Part shown: in pieces, positions 34,053 through 43,203 of the stretch
How positions within the stretch are numbered: position 1 is the stretch's first letter
Layout of the letters: every line of letters begins with the position of its first letter
Position numbers and translations under genes: made by a program
The notes under the pieces: model-generated
What the model was told of the DNA's origin: nothing
The model's database searches: none
Seen by the model: the letters and a program-made list of their open reading frames with translations, nothing else
Virus record (IMG/VR): IMGVR_UViG_3300022407_003814
Location: 1 to 47,139 of that record
Source: a virus
Lineage: Duplodnaviria; Caudoviricetes
Direction: 5' to 3' (one strand)
DNA: 47,139 nt

Positions 34053-34086
34053 TTCGTCTTGCTCCGTTGTTCGTTTCGATGGGTTC

Positions 34087-34116
34087 AGTATCCCGAAAGT
34101 TGACACGGCTGTCACC
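34087..34116 (-). promoter_or_regulatory. Sigma70-like promoter with palindromic box
   Basis: GTGACA-17-GATACT; box gttgac acggct gtcacc, 17/18 identical to 13195. Confidence 0.72.
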
Positions 34117-34130
34117 TACCGTCCGTCGGA

Positions 34131-36647
34131 TCATTTCTTGTACCGTTTCGCTCTATAAGTTCCGCCGCAGCGCACCGGCCAGCCTGCCGCCCACTCGGGC
34201 AAGTGGGCCATGAGCGCCTCGAATTCCGCCTCGCTGCCATAGCCCTCTGGCACCTCTGACACGATTTCGTCGTGGACGCGCATAACCACTGGGTATCCTG
34301 CGCGCTCCAGGCGCACTACGGCGGCAGACATCAGGTCGCGGGCCGTGGCCTGAACGATGTTTTCCACCAGGCGGCCGGCGTAGGTGTCCATGCGGTTCCA
34401 GCCCATCGGCCCCATGCCCGGGTTACTGTTCCAGGTCATGTATGACAGGGACCAAGTTTGAATACCGCTGAATCGCTCCGTACGGTCCGCACGTGGCGAG
34501 TGGTAGGTCAGGCGTCGGCCGCTGAGCAGCGTGACGAACATCGTGTTGTCGAGCACCTGAAACTTGATGCCCCGGTATTCGAACGTTTCGCCCGGGTACT
34601 GGACTGCGTTGAGAAACATTCCCTCGTACCCGAAGTTTTCAAAGCGGTCCGGCTTCCACGGTTTGCCCCGTGTCTGGCCGCCGGCGCACTCCTTGAGCAT
34701 GGGTGACGCTTCCTGCCATTTGATAATCAGGGCTTTTACTTCATCGTCGGTGAAGTTGTCCGTTTTGTCGAAGTTACGCCATGCGCCAACCCAGCCCATG
34801 AACCCCAGGGCCAGCTCGGCAACCTTGCCGATTTTGTTCCGGTCGGGGTGGTGGGTGCCGTGTTCCTTGCGATAGGCTTCATACCACTCGTAAGTTTTGC
34901 CTGTTACGCCAGCAGCACCGTGGTAGTAGATCGACTCGCCGCGGTGGAAGGCGTCGATGCGCCATTGTTCGCCAGCGAGTACGGCCAGGACCACCGCCTC
35001 GATAGCGCTGTAGTCGGAGCAAAGCAGTTGCTGGCCTGGGCCAGCAACCAGTAACGACCGCACGCAGCCGGATATGGTCAGTACTGCGTCGCCAAAGAAG
35101 TATTCGACCAATTCCAGATTGCCGAGACGCATTATCGTCAGTGCATCCTCGACGGCTTCCCAGGTCCATCCTTTCTCACCTTCCGGGCTACGCTCGGTGC
35201 TGAATGCAGAGTCGGCCCCACACCATGGGCAGCCGTGCGACTTGAACGCGTACGGCTTGCCGCAGCCGTCGTTCTCGCACCACCGGACATTTGGCCCGGA
35301 CTTCGGCAGGTTTCCGGGCTGCACGTCGGCGTGCGTGTCGCGGCCGGTGCGTGCACCGTGGTAGATGAATAGGTCGCAGAGCCGGGCGTCACGGGTTGCC
35401 ATGCGTGCCATGGCGTAGACTTTCTTCACGGCAGCGGAGCCGATCAGGTTACGGATTTCAAGCGCTCGACGAACATCACGGTCAATATCAGGTCGCTTGT
35501 CCAACCACTCAATAGCTTCCTCAATCGCCTCACTGTCGCCTGATTTCATCCGGTAGCCGGTGCGGTGGGATACCCACTCCTGCAACTTGGAAATTTCTGA
35601 CGCACGTGCCACAGTGCCGCCGGTGATCTGGTACAGCTCGGCGTTGTACTTGCGGTGCGCCTGGTCGAGCACGCTGATACAAGCGTTCACCGACTCCAGG
35701 TCGACGCCCACGCCGCGCCAGTTGCACGCCTGATCCGCCAGCCAGTAATCCAGTTCCTGCGGGATCAGGTCGGGCATGCGTGCGCTGGCGCCGGCCTCGG
35801 CCACGATATCTTGGTCGCAGTAGCTGTAGAGCTTGGCGGCGTTCTCCGGGTCTTCAGCGCAGGTGATACGGGTGCGGCGGTCGGCTTTCGTTGGATTGCG
35901 TGGCCAGCTGAAGCGTTCGAGCTGCTTCTTGCCGTCCTTGTCCTTGCCGATCGGCACGCGCAGCACCTCGGCCAGGTTGCCCAGGGCGCCGGGCAGCGAG
36001 TAGGCACGTGCTTTCGCCATGCTGCACCGCATCTGCCGAAGATCAATAGCCGGCCATCCCCAGCGCTCGTGCAGCACACGCGTTGAGACACGGAATTCGA
36101 ACATGCTGTTGTGGGTTTCAATCAGCCCTCGCTGCTCATAGCTCGGCGGCACGCTGGCGTCGAACTGGGCCAGGTGTTGGATCAGGTCCAACGGCAGCGG
36201 CATGCCGGGGAGCCACATATGCCGCCCAGTGCCGTCCTTGAGGTCGTAAGCCAGGCACAGCACCTCAGTAGATGAATCGTCGGCGTACTTGGCCGCGCCG
36301 ATGGCAGGAAGTCCTTTCTTCGTGGCCCCGGCCGGCGGCTTGAACTTCTGCGACAACTCGTCCCACTCGAATCCGGCGGCGCTGAACGTCTCAAAGTCCA
36401 TGTCGGGTAACACGGTGGAATAGCCCCACGCAACCGGCAGGCGCTGCCCGGCGCGCAGCAGGTTCAGGGGTGGCAGCGGGGCCGATGCGCAAGGTGGCGG
36501 GGGTGCGGCGACTGGGCCAGGAGATATCATCGGCGGGGGTGGGGCTTTACGCATCTGCCGGTACCCTTCATTTTCGAGTTCCTGCTGGTGCAGCGCGATC
36601 CGCTCGGCGTGATAGGTTCCGTCAATCCAGCCGTCGGCCATACTCAT
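34131..36647 (-). CDS. DNA polymerase, family A, with 3'-5' exonuclease domain
   Basis: Exo I DFETFS; motif A DYSAIEA; motif B RNKIGKVAELALGF; motif C VHDEI. Confidence 0.95.
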   Translation of the reverse strand: MSMADGWIDGTYHAERIALHQQELENEGYRQMRKAPPPPMISPGPVAAPPPPCASAPLPPLNLLRAGQRLPVAWGYSTVLPDMDFETFSAAGFEWDELSQKFKPPAGATKKGLPAIGAAKYADDSSTEVLCLAYDLKDGTGRHMWLPGMPLPLDLIQHLAQFDASVPPSYEQRGLIETHNSMFEFRVSTRVLHERWGWPAIDLRQMRCSMAKARAYSLPGALGNLAEVLRVPIGKDKDGKKQLERFSWPRNPTKADRRTRITCAEDPENAAKLYSYCDQDIVAEAGASARMPDLIPQELDYWLADQACNWRGVGVDLESVNACISVLDQAHRKYNAELYQITGGTVARASEISKLQEWVSHRTGYRMKSGDSEAIEEAIEWLDKRPDIDRDVRRALEIRNLIGSAAVKKVYAMARMATRDARLCDLFIYHGARTGRDTHADVQPGNLPKSGPNVRWCENDGCGKPYAFKSHGCPWCGADSAFSTERSPEGEKGWTWEAVEDALTIMRLGNLELVEYFFGDAVLTISGCVRSLLVAGPGQQLLCSDYSAIEAVVLAVLAGEQWRIDAFHRGESIYYHGAAGVTGKTYEWYEAYRKEHGTHHPDRNKIGKVAELALGFMGWVGAWRNFDKTDNFTDDEVKALIIKWQEASPMLKECAGGQTRGKPWKPDRFENFGYEGMFLNAVQYPGETFEYRGIKFQVLDNTMFVTLLSGRRLTYHSPRADRTERFSGIQTWSLSYMTWNSNPGMGPMGWNRMDTYAGRLVENIVQATARDLMSAAVVRLERAGYPVVMRVHDEIVSEVPEGYGSEAEFEALMAHLPEWAAGWPVRCGGTYRAKRYKK

Positions 36648-36838
36648 ACTGACTCCAAGCAGCTCAAGGCCCGATCCAAGTAATCCGCGGCGTCTTCAAT
36701 TGCTTTTTTCTCGCGATAACCGGAGATGCCGCCATCGTCGTCGTAAGTGTTACCAAAATGGCTTTCACGCTGGCGCAAGGCGTCTCGCAGGATACCCAGC
36801 TGCATTGTAATGTCCGTCTGAAACGGGGGCTTCAGCAT
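36644..36838 (-). CDS. Hypothetical protein (64 aa)
   Basis: GAGGTG SD; ATGA coupling to the polymerase. Confidence 0.65.
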   Translation of the reverse strand: MLKPPFQTDITMQLGILRDALRQRESHFGNTYDDDGGISGYREKKAIEDAADYLDRALSCLESV

Positions 36839-36907
36839 AGCGCACCTCAAATAAAAACGGCCCCGGCCGACGTGTACCGGGCGGAGCCGCTGTGACAGTG
36901 GGTTGGG

Positions 36908-37855
36908 TTACGCGATGTAGCCGGATTCGCGCAGGTTCTGTTCGGTCCAGCCAGCGGCCAGGAACGCAGCGTAAGTCACGCCGGGTTGCTCAGCAGCAGC
37001 TTTCGGCGTCAGCGTCGGGCCAGCGGCAACCAGGTCGCGCGCCGGGGCTACGGGTGCTGGCGCTGGTGCTGGTGCTGGTGCTGGTGCTGGTGCTGGTGCT
37101 GGTGCTGGTGCTGGTGCTGGTGCTGGTGCTGCCTGGGGCGCGGGGGCCGGAGCAGGCGGAGTAGCGCCAGTTGCAGCGGGCGGCACCGTGGTGGCGCCTT
37201 CCGGCAGCGCAATCCCGACGCCAAAGCCGGCTTTCGACACGTCCACGTCACCGCCGCTTTTCATCACAGGCCCGTATGCGATCAGTGCCACTGCTTGGTG
37301 GTTGGCGAACAGGCCCGGGCTTGCCGAAGGCGCGTTGCTCTTGAAGTCGCACATTACTTGGACGAAGTAGCCACGTTTGATCGCGTCGGTTTCAGTCAGC
37401 AGGTTTCCCTGCGAGTGGAGGTAATCGAGCAGCTTCGGGGCATTACGGTTGCTGAAGTGGATGATCCAGTGACCCGGCCAGCCTTCCTTATCGCAGTTCT
37501 TGTTGCCCTTTTTGTTCGGCACGGTGCTGTCGCCGTCGTCGATTTTCCAGCTGAAGTCAGCACGTTGCGCCTGTGCTGGAAACTCAGCGTGGCCCAATGC
37601 CCAAATGGCAGGGAACATGTCGCCGGCAACGCCATTGACGATACCTTTGATTGCCTCGCTGGCCCAGTGTGCAACACCAGGCGTCTTCTTGACCGCGATG
37701 CTGAAGTCGTAGGTTGGGTTGGGTTGACCGGCGTTAGGGCCGGACTTGATTACCTTCGGGTTCCCTTCGTAATCAGTAGTGCGCTGCACGTAAAGCGACC
37801 CGGAAACGAGTCGGCCTACGGCGGTGGTGATTTCGAGTACGGCTGATTCTGCCAT
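36908..37855 (-). CDS. Single-stranded DNA-binding protein (DUF2815 / gp2.5-like) with a Pro-Ala linker
   Basis: VGRLVSGSL, FSWKIDDGDS, GWPGHWII; sits between DUF2800 and polymerase. Confidence 0.8.
   Translation of the reverse strand: MAESAVLEITTAVGRLVSGSLYVQRTTDYEGNPKVIKSGPNAGQPNPTYDFSIAVKKTPGVAHWASEAIKGIVNGVAGDMFPAIWALGHAEFPAQAQRADFSWKIDDGDSTVPNKKGNKNCDKEGWPGHWIIHFSNRNAPKLLDYLHSQGNLLTETDAIKRGYFVQVMCDFKSNAPSASPGLFANHQAVALIAYGPVMKSGGDVDVSKAGFGVGIALPEGATTVPPAATGATPPAPAPAPQAAPAPAPAPAPAPAPAPAPAPAPAPAPVAPARDLVAAGPTLTPKAAAEQPGVTYAAFLAAGWTEQNLRESGYIA
37053..37130. repeat. (GCTGGT)n hexamer microsatellite encoding (Ala-Pro)n
   Basis: 11 perfect units at 37062-37127 plus flanking degenerate or partial units. 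Confidence 0.95.
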
Positions 37856-37859
37856 GGTG

Positions 37860-39026
37860 TCATTGCTCCAGATTTACGCCGAACCCAGCACGGGCACGGT
37901 TGAGTAGGTTGGTGTCACGGGCCAGTTTTACACCGGTCCTTGGGGTGTGACTGTATTCGTAGATGACACTCGCGTCAACTCCTTTTTTCGCTGCAAGTGC
38001 TGCAGCTTGTTTAGGAGTTACCGCAGCTTCAGGTTTTCGGATATCGACGCCGCACAGATCGCCGGCGGCAATTGCCAGGGCTTCGTCACCCTCTTTCCAT
38101 CCTTCACGGCCGTACGTCGGTTCCAGGCACCAATCTGCGACAATCTCACCGCGCTTGAGCCTGGCCGTCACGTCCGCCTCACGGCCCTGCAGCCTAGCTT
38201 TGACGAGCATCTGCACGTGTTCCAGCAGGCCCAACTCGTACGCCGCGCTGTCCGCGTCGAGCGACTCCGGCGCCGATCCGCCCACGAAGTCTACCGCCGC
38301 CCAGGTCGCACGCTTGAGCGTCGGGCAGTGCGCCGCCGCCTTGCAATGGAGGCAGTGCGGCCCGCTGAGGGTGTGGGGGTGTGGGCCCATGGCCTCGTGC
38401 GCAGCATCGCGCAGCTTGTTGAAATAGCCGCGCAAGTCACTGGCCCGCACGCGCCACGAGCGAACCCGGCCGTCGCGGTGGTAGGCCCGGGGCTGCACGA
38501 CGCGCATGTCGACCCACAGTTCCTGGTCGTTGCGCCCGTCGATGCCGAGCAGGTCCAGAATGCCGCAGGTGTAGGCGATCAGTTGCCAGTTCTCGACGTG
38601 CTCAACGATGCCGTGCCCGAACTTGTAGTCCCACACGTACAGCGTGCCTGCCGAGGGAACATAGAGCCAGGTGTCGGGCGTGCCGAATGCTTCCTCATGG
38701 ATACGCGGCATCGCGACACGCTGTTCGACCTGCAGTTCCTCAAGCGGGGTGCCGGTGGCGATACAGACCGTCAGCACGTCTGTGGTCCACATCGACGCAC
38801 CTTCGAGCATCTCGTCGGTCAACACTACCCCGTTGGGCGCTTTGTCGCCGACGGCAACCGGGCGGCCCAGGAGTTCCTCGGACCCGGCATGGTGCGATGC
38901 GGTGCCCTCAGCTGCGGCTTCCGTTTCTTCCGTCTCGGGGTATCGTGCCTCAAGCGAGACCGAACCCGGGCATGGTTGCCACCGGTAGGCGCTCGACGGT
39001 GCGAGGGGGGAGTGGGCGCTGATCAT
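37860..39026 (-). CDS. Cas4-like PD-(D/E)xK exonuclease (DUF2800)
   Basis: HSPLAPSSA.RW..CPGS; FGTPD; VWDYKFG; NWQL; GPHCLHCKAAAHC. Confidence 0.9.
   Translation of the reverse strand: MISAHSPLAPSSAYRWQPCPGSVSLEARYPETEETEAAAEGTASHHAGSEELLGRPVAVGDKAPNGVVLTDEMLEGASMWTTDVLTVCIATGTPLEELQVEQRVAMPRIHEEAFGTPDTWLYVPSAGTLYVWDYKFGHGIVEHVENWQLIAYTCGILDLLGIDGRNDQELWVDMRVVQPRAYHRDGRVRSWRVRASDLRGYFNKLRDAAHEAMGPHPHTLSGPHCLHCKAAAHCPTLKRATWAAVDFVGGSAPESLDADSAAYELGLLEHVQMLVKARLQGREADVTARLKRGEIVADWCLEPTYGREGWKEGDEALAIAAGDLCGVDIRKPEAAVTPKQAAALAAKKGVDASVIYEYSHTPRTGVKLARDTNLLNRARAGFGVNLEQ
37950..37979 (-). promoter_or_regulatory. Intragenic promoter with palindromic box upstream of the SSB gene
   Basis: TTGACG-17-TACAGT; gttgac gcgagt gtcatc. 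Confidence 0.6.
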
Positions 39027-39559
39027 ACGACGAGACCAACGTCTCGCGACGCTTTAAAAATGTCGCCCAGCTGCACGGCCTGCCGCTCGGCGTCGTCAAG
39101 CGCGTTGTGCGCTACACCCCGAGGCTCACCCGGCAAAATATAATCGCTGAACAGGTTCCGCATCGTGCGCTGGTCGCAGAACTGCCAGTAGTGCCACGGA
39201 TTAGGCACATCGCAACGACGAAACGCACTTTCCAGCCATTCGGCGTCCTTGGCCCCGCAGGACCACAAGTACGTTGCACCGTCACTGAAGTCTGCAAAGC
39301 TGCGCAACAACGTGGCCAGTGGTACGCGGGACACTTCTTTACCGAAAATACCCTGGCGCGCTTCTTGGCTTTGGGCCATCCACCACTCGACGGTACTGGC
39401 GTCAATTACGGCACCTGGCTGCCCTGTGATTTCTGCGACCCCGTAGAAACGTTGTCCGAGTTCTCCGGTATTGCGGTCGAAACGCACAGCGCCGAGCGAC
39501 AGGATACAAGCGTCGCGGTCCAGGCTGAGGGTTTCAAAGTCGAAACTGATATCGTCCAT
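39023..39559 (-). CDS. DEDDh 3'-5' exonuclease (Rv2179c-like)
   Basis: DFETL, LSLGAVRFD, TVEWW, DQRT, HNALDDA. Confidence 0.9.
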   Translation of the reverse strand: MDDISFDFETLSLDRDACILSLGAVRFDRNTGELGQRFYGVAEITGQPGAVIDASTVEWWMAQSQEARQGIFGKEVSRVPLATLLRSFADFSDGATYLWSCGAKDAEWLESAFRRCDVPNPWHYWQFCDQRTMRNLFSDYILPGEPRGVAHNALDDAERQAVQLGDIFKASRDVGLVV

Positions 39560-39624
39560 CTATTGCACCTCTGCTGCTTATGTGCTCAGGGTGTCCCCAG
39601 TCCGAGGACCGAGGACACGCGCTA

Positions 39625-40560
39625 TCACTGGGCTTTAAGTCCGTCAACAACTGCCTGGATCAGGTCCGGACGTTTCGCCAAGTCCGGGATAGTCGTAAGG
39701 CCCACTTTCTGCACCTGCAAAACTACTTTGGCCGGTTCCAGCTTCTGCGACACGATAAAGCGGGTGAAGTCAGCGAACGTCATGGCGCCAGGAGCCGCAG
39801 GAGCGGCAGCGGGAGCCGGGGCGGGTGGTGCTGCAACTGGTGCAGGCGGCGCGGCTGGGCTCGGCGCCGGGGCGGACGCGCTCGCCGTAGTAACCGTAGG
39901 TGCACCCATCACTGCCCGGAGTTCGGCTTCGATTTGTTCTTTGTAGCCCGGGGCCAGGTTCTTGCGAGTCTTCCACTGACCCTTGGCCGACAGCTTTACC
40001 GCAGCGTCCGAGTGGATACGGCTATCCCAAGGCAGGCCGTCCGCGTCCAGCTCTACGGTCGAGCCACTCGCGGCGGGTGGAACAGGCGCAGGCGCAGGGG
40101 CTGGCGCCGGACTGGAGGCACCAGGAGCAACGGGCAAAGGGCGTTGTTCGGTCACCGGGATCAGGTAGCCGTCTTGCACGAGCAGATCAATGGTCCAGCC
40201 GGCGGCTTCCAGGGCAGCCTGCTCGAACGCAGCGTTGGCGCCGGCGTAGTCCGGGTTACGCTCGTGGCCGGTGACCACGGTTTCGTACTGGATCGGGTTG
40301 ATGTCGGCTTGCGTGATAACCGGTGCAGGTTCGTCGTCTTGCAGATCAGTTTCAATTTCTTTTTTCAGGTCCTCAATACGTGAGTGGTCGCGACGTTCAA
40401 AGTCAGCCTCGGTGCTGGAAAACACGATGGTCGGCCCTTTGGACTCGGACAGGATTACATCGGACTGCGCGGCCAGGTCGGACAGGAAAGCCGAACCCAG
40501 GCGCAGGGCGGTGGCGGACAACGGGAGGGACAGGGATACATGGTTCATGGTTGAGCTCAC
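39625..40560 (-). CDS. Pro/Ala-rich replication-block protein
   Basis: ELDADGLPWDSRIHS...GQWK.RK domain; AAGWTIDLLVQDGYL motif; GTGA coupling. Confidence 0.8.
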   Translation of the reverse strand: MSSTMNHVSLSLPLSATALRLGSAFLSDLAAQSDVILSESKGPTIVFSSTEADFERRDHSRIEDLKKEIETDLQDDEPAPVITQADINPIQYETVVTGHERNPDYAGANAAFEQAALEAAGWTIDLLVQDGYLIPVTEQRPLPVAPGASSPAPAPAPAPVPPAASGSTVELDADGLPWDSRIHSDAAVKLSAKGQWKTRKNLAPGYKEQIEAELRAVMGAPTVTTASASAPAPSPAAPPAPVAAPPAPAPAAAPAAPGAMTFADFTRFIVSQKLEPAKVVLQVQKVGLTTIPDLAKRPDLIQAVVDGLKAQ

Positions 40561-40934
40561 TTGGCGATGTAGAAGGGGTTGAGGCGAGAAACGACGGAGA
40601 ATCGAATATCGCCGTCTTCATCAGGTAAAAAAGCGCCGTGGGCTCGATTGGGTAGTACCGAATCGACCACGTGATTATACAGCTTAAGGGCACGGCGGCC
40701 ACGTTTGGCCGCAGCGGCTTCAATACGTGCCGCCTGGATCGGGTCCACCGGGTTGCGCAGTGCGGTGCCGGTTGGGCGGTAAGCTGCGGTGCCGGTTGGG
40801 CGGTAAGCTGCGGTGCCGTGTTGGATAAAAGCTGAGGGTTGCTTACCCTGTAACCACTTGCCGCCTGCCGCTAAGGCTGCAAGCAGGGCCGAACCGATGC
40901 CGCGTCGGCCGTCGCCAATAATACCTACTTTCAT
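40557..40934 (-). CDS. Hypothetical basic protein with a 24-bp tandem repeat
   Basis: ACGGAG SD; first gene after the promoter at 41001. Confidence 0.75.
   Translation of the reverse strand: MKVGIIGDGRRGIGSALLAALAAGGKWLQGKQPSAFIQHGTAAYRPTGTAAYRPTGTALRNPVDPIQAARIEAAAAKRGRRALKLYNHVVDSVLPNRAHGAFLPDEDGDIRFSVVSRLNPFYIAK
40762..40818. repeat. 24-bp tandem repeat x2.4 (GTAAYRPT)
   Basis: gcggtgccggttgggcggtaagct at 40762 and 40786, partial at 40810. Confidence 0.9.
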
Positions 40935-40972
40935 GTTTGTTTCTCCGTGGGTTTGTGTTGCGGTGTGCTGGG

Positions 40973-41002
40973 ATTGTCGTTACAGTTGACGCCTATGTCA
41001 AC
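40973..41002 (-). promoter_or_regulatory. Promoter with a perfect palindromic box at the major strand divergence
   Basis: TTGACA-17-GACAAT; GTTGAC gcctat GTCAAC. Confidence 0.8.
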
Positions 41003-41022
41003 CACTACCGGAATAAAAAGAC

Positions 41023-41334
41023 ATGAACGATCGTGAATTACTGGAGCTGGCAGCAAAGGCGGCGGGTTTTGAGTGGCGCTACGAAGACGATGGTCAGATG
41101 TCGGTATTTATGTATGACCGTCGCTGGATATTCTGGAACCCTTTGACCGACGACGGTGATGCGTTCCGTTTGGCCGTGATCCTACGTCTTGACCTGACAT
41201 TCTATAATGGGTTTCAAGAAGTACATGCCGAGTCATCCCGATCAGACGGCCTTAGCCATAGCGTCGTGAATTACAAAGACGACATCCCTGCAGCAGCGCG
41301 CAGGGCAATCGTCGAACAGGCGGCATCCCTGTGA
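41023..41334 (+). CDS. Hypothetical protein (MNDRELLELAAKAAG...WNPLTDDGDAFRLAV)
   Basis: Pattern I recognise from phage accessory genes; GTGA coupling to the helicase. Confidence 0.78.
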   Translation: MNDRELLELAAKAAGFEWRYEDDGQMSVFMYDRRWIFWNPLTDDGDAFRLAVILRLDLTFYNGFQEVHAESSRSDGLSHSVVNYKDDIPAAARRAIVEQAASL

Positions 41335-43157
41335 CAGCGTTCCCCTCAGCCGCCACCAGTACCGCCGCCGCCGTCCGGCGCGCAGCCGCGCCCGTGCTCC
41401 GTTGGTACCAGACGGACCTGTCCCACGCAGCCAACGATGCCTGGGGCGCAAACGACAACGTACTGGCCGTCATGCCCACCGGTGCCGGTAAAACGGTGTT
41501 CTTTGCGCATGTGGTAGCGGATCACGTGGGCTCATCTATCTGCATCGCGCACCGGTCAGAGCTGATTGAACAAATCAGCATGGCGCTCGCGCGGTTCGGT
41601 GTACGGCACCGGATCATTGGCCCCGACAAACTGATCCGCGCCATCTGCAAACAGCACCTGGACGACCTGGGTGTGTGCTTCTACGACCCGACCGCCCGTG
41701 CCGGGGTTGCCAGTGTGCAGAGCTTGACGCCGGCCAAGGTGTCGCTACATGCACGCTGGATCGCCCAGGTTTCGCTATGGGTGCAGGATGAGGCGCACCA
41801 CGTGCTCGCCGACAACCAGTGGGGCAAGGCCGCGCTGTTGTTCCCGAAGGCAAAGGGCCTGGGTGTGACCGCTACGCCGGTGCGCGCCGACGGCAAGGGC
41901 CTGGGGCGCCACGCGTCCGGTGTGTTCGATGTGCTGATCAAAGGCCCGTCGATGCGCGACCTGATCGACTGGGGGTACCTGACGGATTACCGAGTGATCG
42001 TCAGCGAGACCCACATCGACCTGGCGGGGGTGGGCATCGGCACCGACGGCGACTACGTGCTCGACCGCGGCAAAGGCAAGGCTGCGGTACGTGGCTCTAC
42101 CCTGGTGGGCGACGTGGTGCAGACGTACCAAACCTACGCCTCCGGCAAACAGGCGGTGGTGTTCGCCTCCGACACTGACACCTCGAAGGACATGGCCGAG
42201 CAGTTCCGCGCCGCGGGCATTGCCGCCGAACACGTGGACGGTACCACCGACCCGGACGAACGCCGCGCCATCATGAAACGGTTTCGCAACCGGATCACGC
42301 AGGTGTTATGCAACGTGGGCCTGGTGTCGGAAGGCTTCGACGTGCCGGGCATTGAAGTGGTGATCCTGGCCGCCAAGACAATCAGCTTCAGCAAACACGC
42401 CCAGCAAGTGGGCCGCGCGCTGCGCCTGCTGATCGAACGCGGCCTGATGATGAAGTGGGATGACCTGCCTGTTATGGAGCGTCTGGCGCAGATCGCCGCG
42501 AGCGACAAACCGAAAGCGCTGGTGATCGATCACGTTGGCTCGTTCCTCGACCCGCGCCTGGGCCTACCTGACGCCAAGAACGACTGGACCCTCGACGACC
42601 AGGAACGAAAGTCCAGCAGCGGCCCGACCGACGTCATTCCGAACCGTGCCTGCCTCAACCCCGTCTGCCTGTCGCCGTATTCCCGCGCGCTGCCAGCGTG
42701 CCCGTACTGCGGAACGAAACCGGTGCCGACACCTGGCCGCACGGGCGCCGAAGCGGTTGACGGGGACATGAGCGAGTTACCTGCCGCGCTGCTGGCCGCG
42801 ATGCGTAATGCTGTGGCCGCCGTGGCGATGCCGAACGATGTGTACCGGGAACAGCAGCACATTCGCAGCCTGCCCGCCGCCTGGGCCGGCAGCAACGTCA
42901 AGAAACATGACGCGCACCGTACCGCGCAGGTTGAGCTGCAGTCGGCAATGGCGTGGTGGGCTGGCGAGCACCGGGCGCTCGGGCGCAGTGACTCGGAGAT
43001 TTTCCGTCGGTTCTACCTGACGTTCGGCGTCGACTGGCTCACGTGCCAGGCGCAGGACCGCGAGGCCATGAACAAGCTGTACGGATGGATCGTTGAGCGC
43101 CTGTCAGAAACTTCGGTGGCAATGATGTGGCAAGAGTTGACACAAGCGTCAGCGTGA
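41331..43157 (+). CDS. SF2 DEAH-box helicase with a C-terminal Zn finger
   Basis: PTGAGKT, DEAHH, TATP, SEGFDVP, QQVGRALR, CLNPVC...CPYCG. Confidence 0.93.
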   Translation: MTAFPSAATSTAAAVRRAAAPVLRWYQTDLSHAANDAWGANDNVLAVMPTGAGKTVFFAHVVADHVGSSICIAHRSELIEQISMALARFGVRHRIIGPDKLIRAICKQHLDDLGVCFYDPTARAGVASVQSLTPAKVSLHARWIAQVSLWVQDEAHHVLADNQWGKAALLFPKAKGLGVTATPVRADGKGLGRHASGVFDVLIKGPSMRDLIDWGYLTDYRVIVSETHIDLAGVGIGTDGDYVLDRGKGKAAVRGSTLVGDVVQTYQTYASGKQAVVFASDTDTSKDMAEQFRAAGIAAEHVDGTTDPDERRAIMKRFRNRITQVLCNVGLVSEGFDVPGIEVVILAAKTISFSKHAQQVGRALRLLIERGLMMKWDDLPVMERLAQIAASDKPKALVIDHVGSFLDPRLGLPDAKNDWTLDDQERKSSSGPTDVIPNRACLNPVCLSPYSRALPACPYCGTKPVPTPGRTGAEAVDGDMSELPAALLAAMRNAVAAVAMPNDVYREQQHIRSLPAAWAGSNVKKHDAHRTAQVELQSAMAWWAGEHRALGRSDSEIFRRFYLTFGVDWLTCQAQDREAMNKLYGWIVERLSETSVAMMWQELTQASA

Positions 43158-43165
43158 CTAATACT
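43136..43165 (+). promoter_or_regulatory. Sigma70-like promoter with palindromic box
   Basis: TTGACA-17-AATACT; gttgac acaagc gtcagc. Confidence 0.75.
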
Positions 43166-43203
43166 GACCACATTGCCGGATGAACCGGCTGGGAGAGCAG
43201 GAT

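Noticed and set aside
36986-37251. ORFs encoding (WC)n, (LV)n or (HQ)n repeats
   Set aside because: These are alternative-frame readings of the GCTGGT microsatellite inside the SSB gene.
37860-39026. Cas4-like gene as part of a CRISPR system
   Set aside because: No repeat-spacer array or other cas genes; DUF2800 next to SSB and PolA is a usual phage replication arrangement.
6684-39143. Long antisense or alternative-frame ORFs (e.g. 6684-7688, 15677-16966, 21989-23131, 32225-33064, 37947-39143)
   Set aside because: Shadow ORFs expected from GC-rich codon bias over well-supported genes; no SD and no recognisable motifs.
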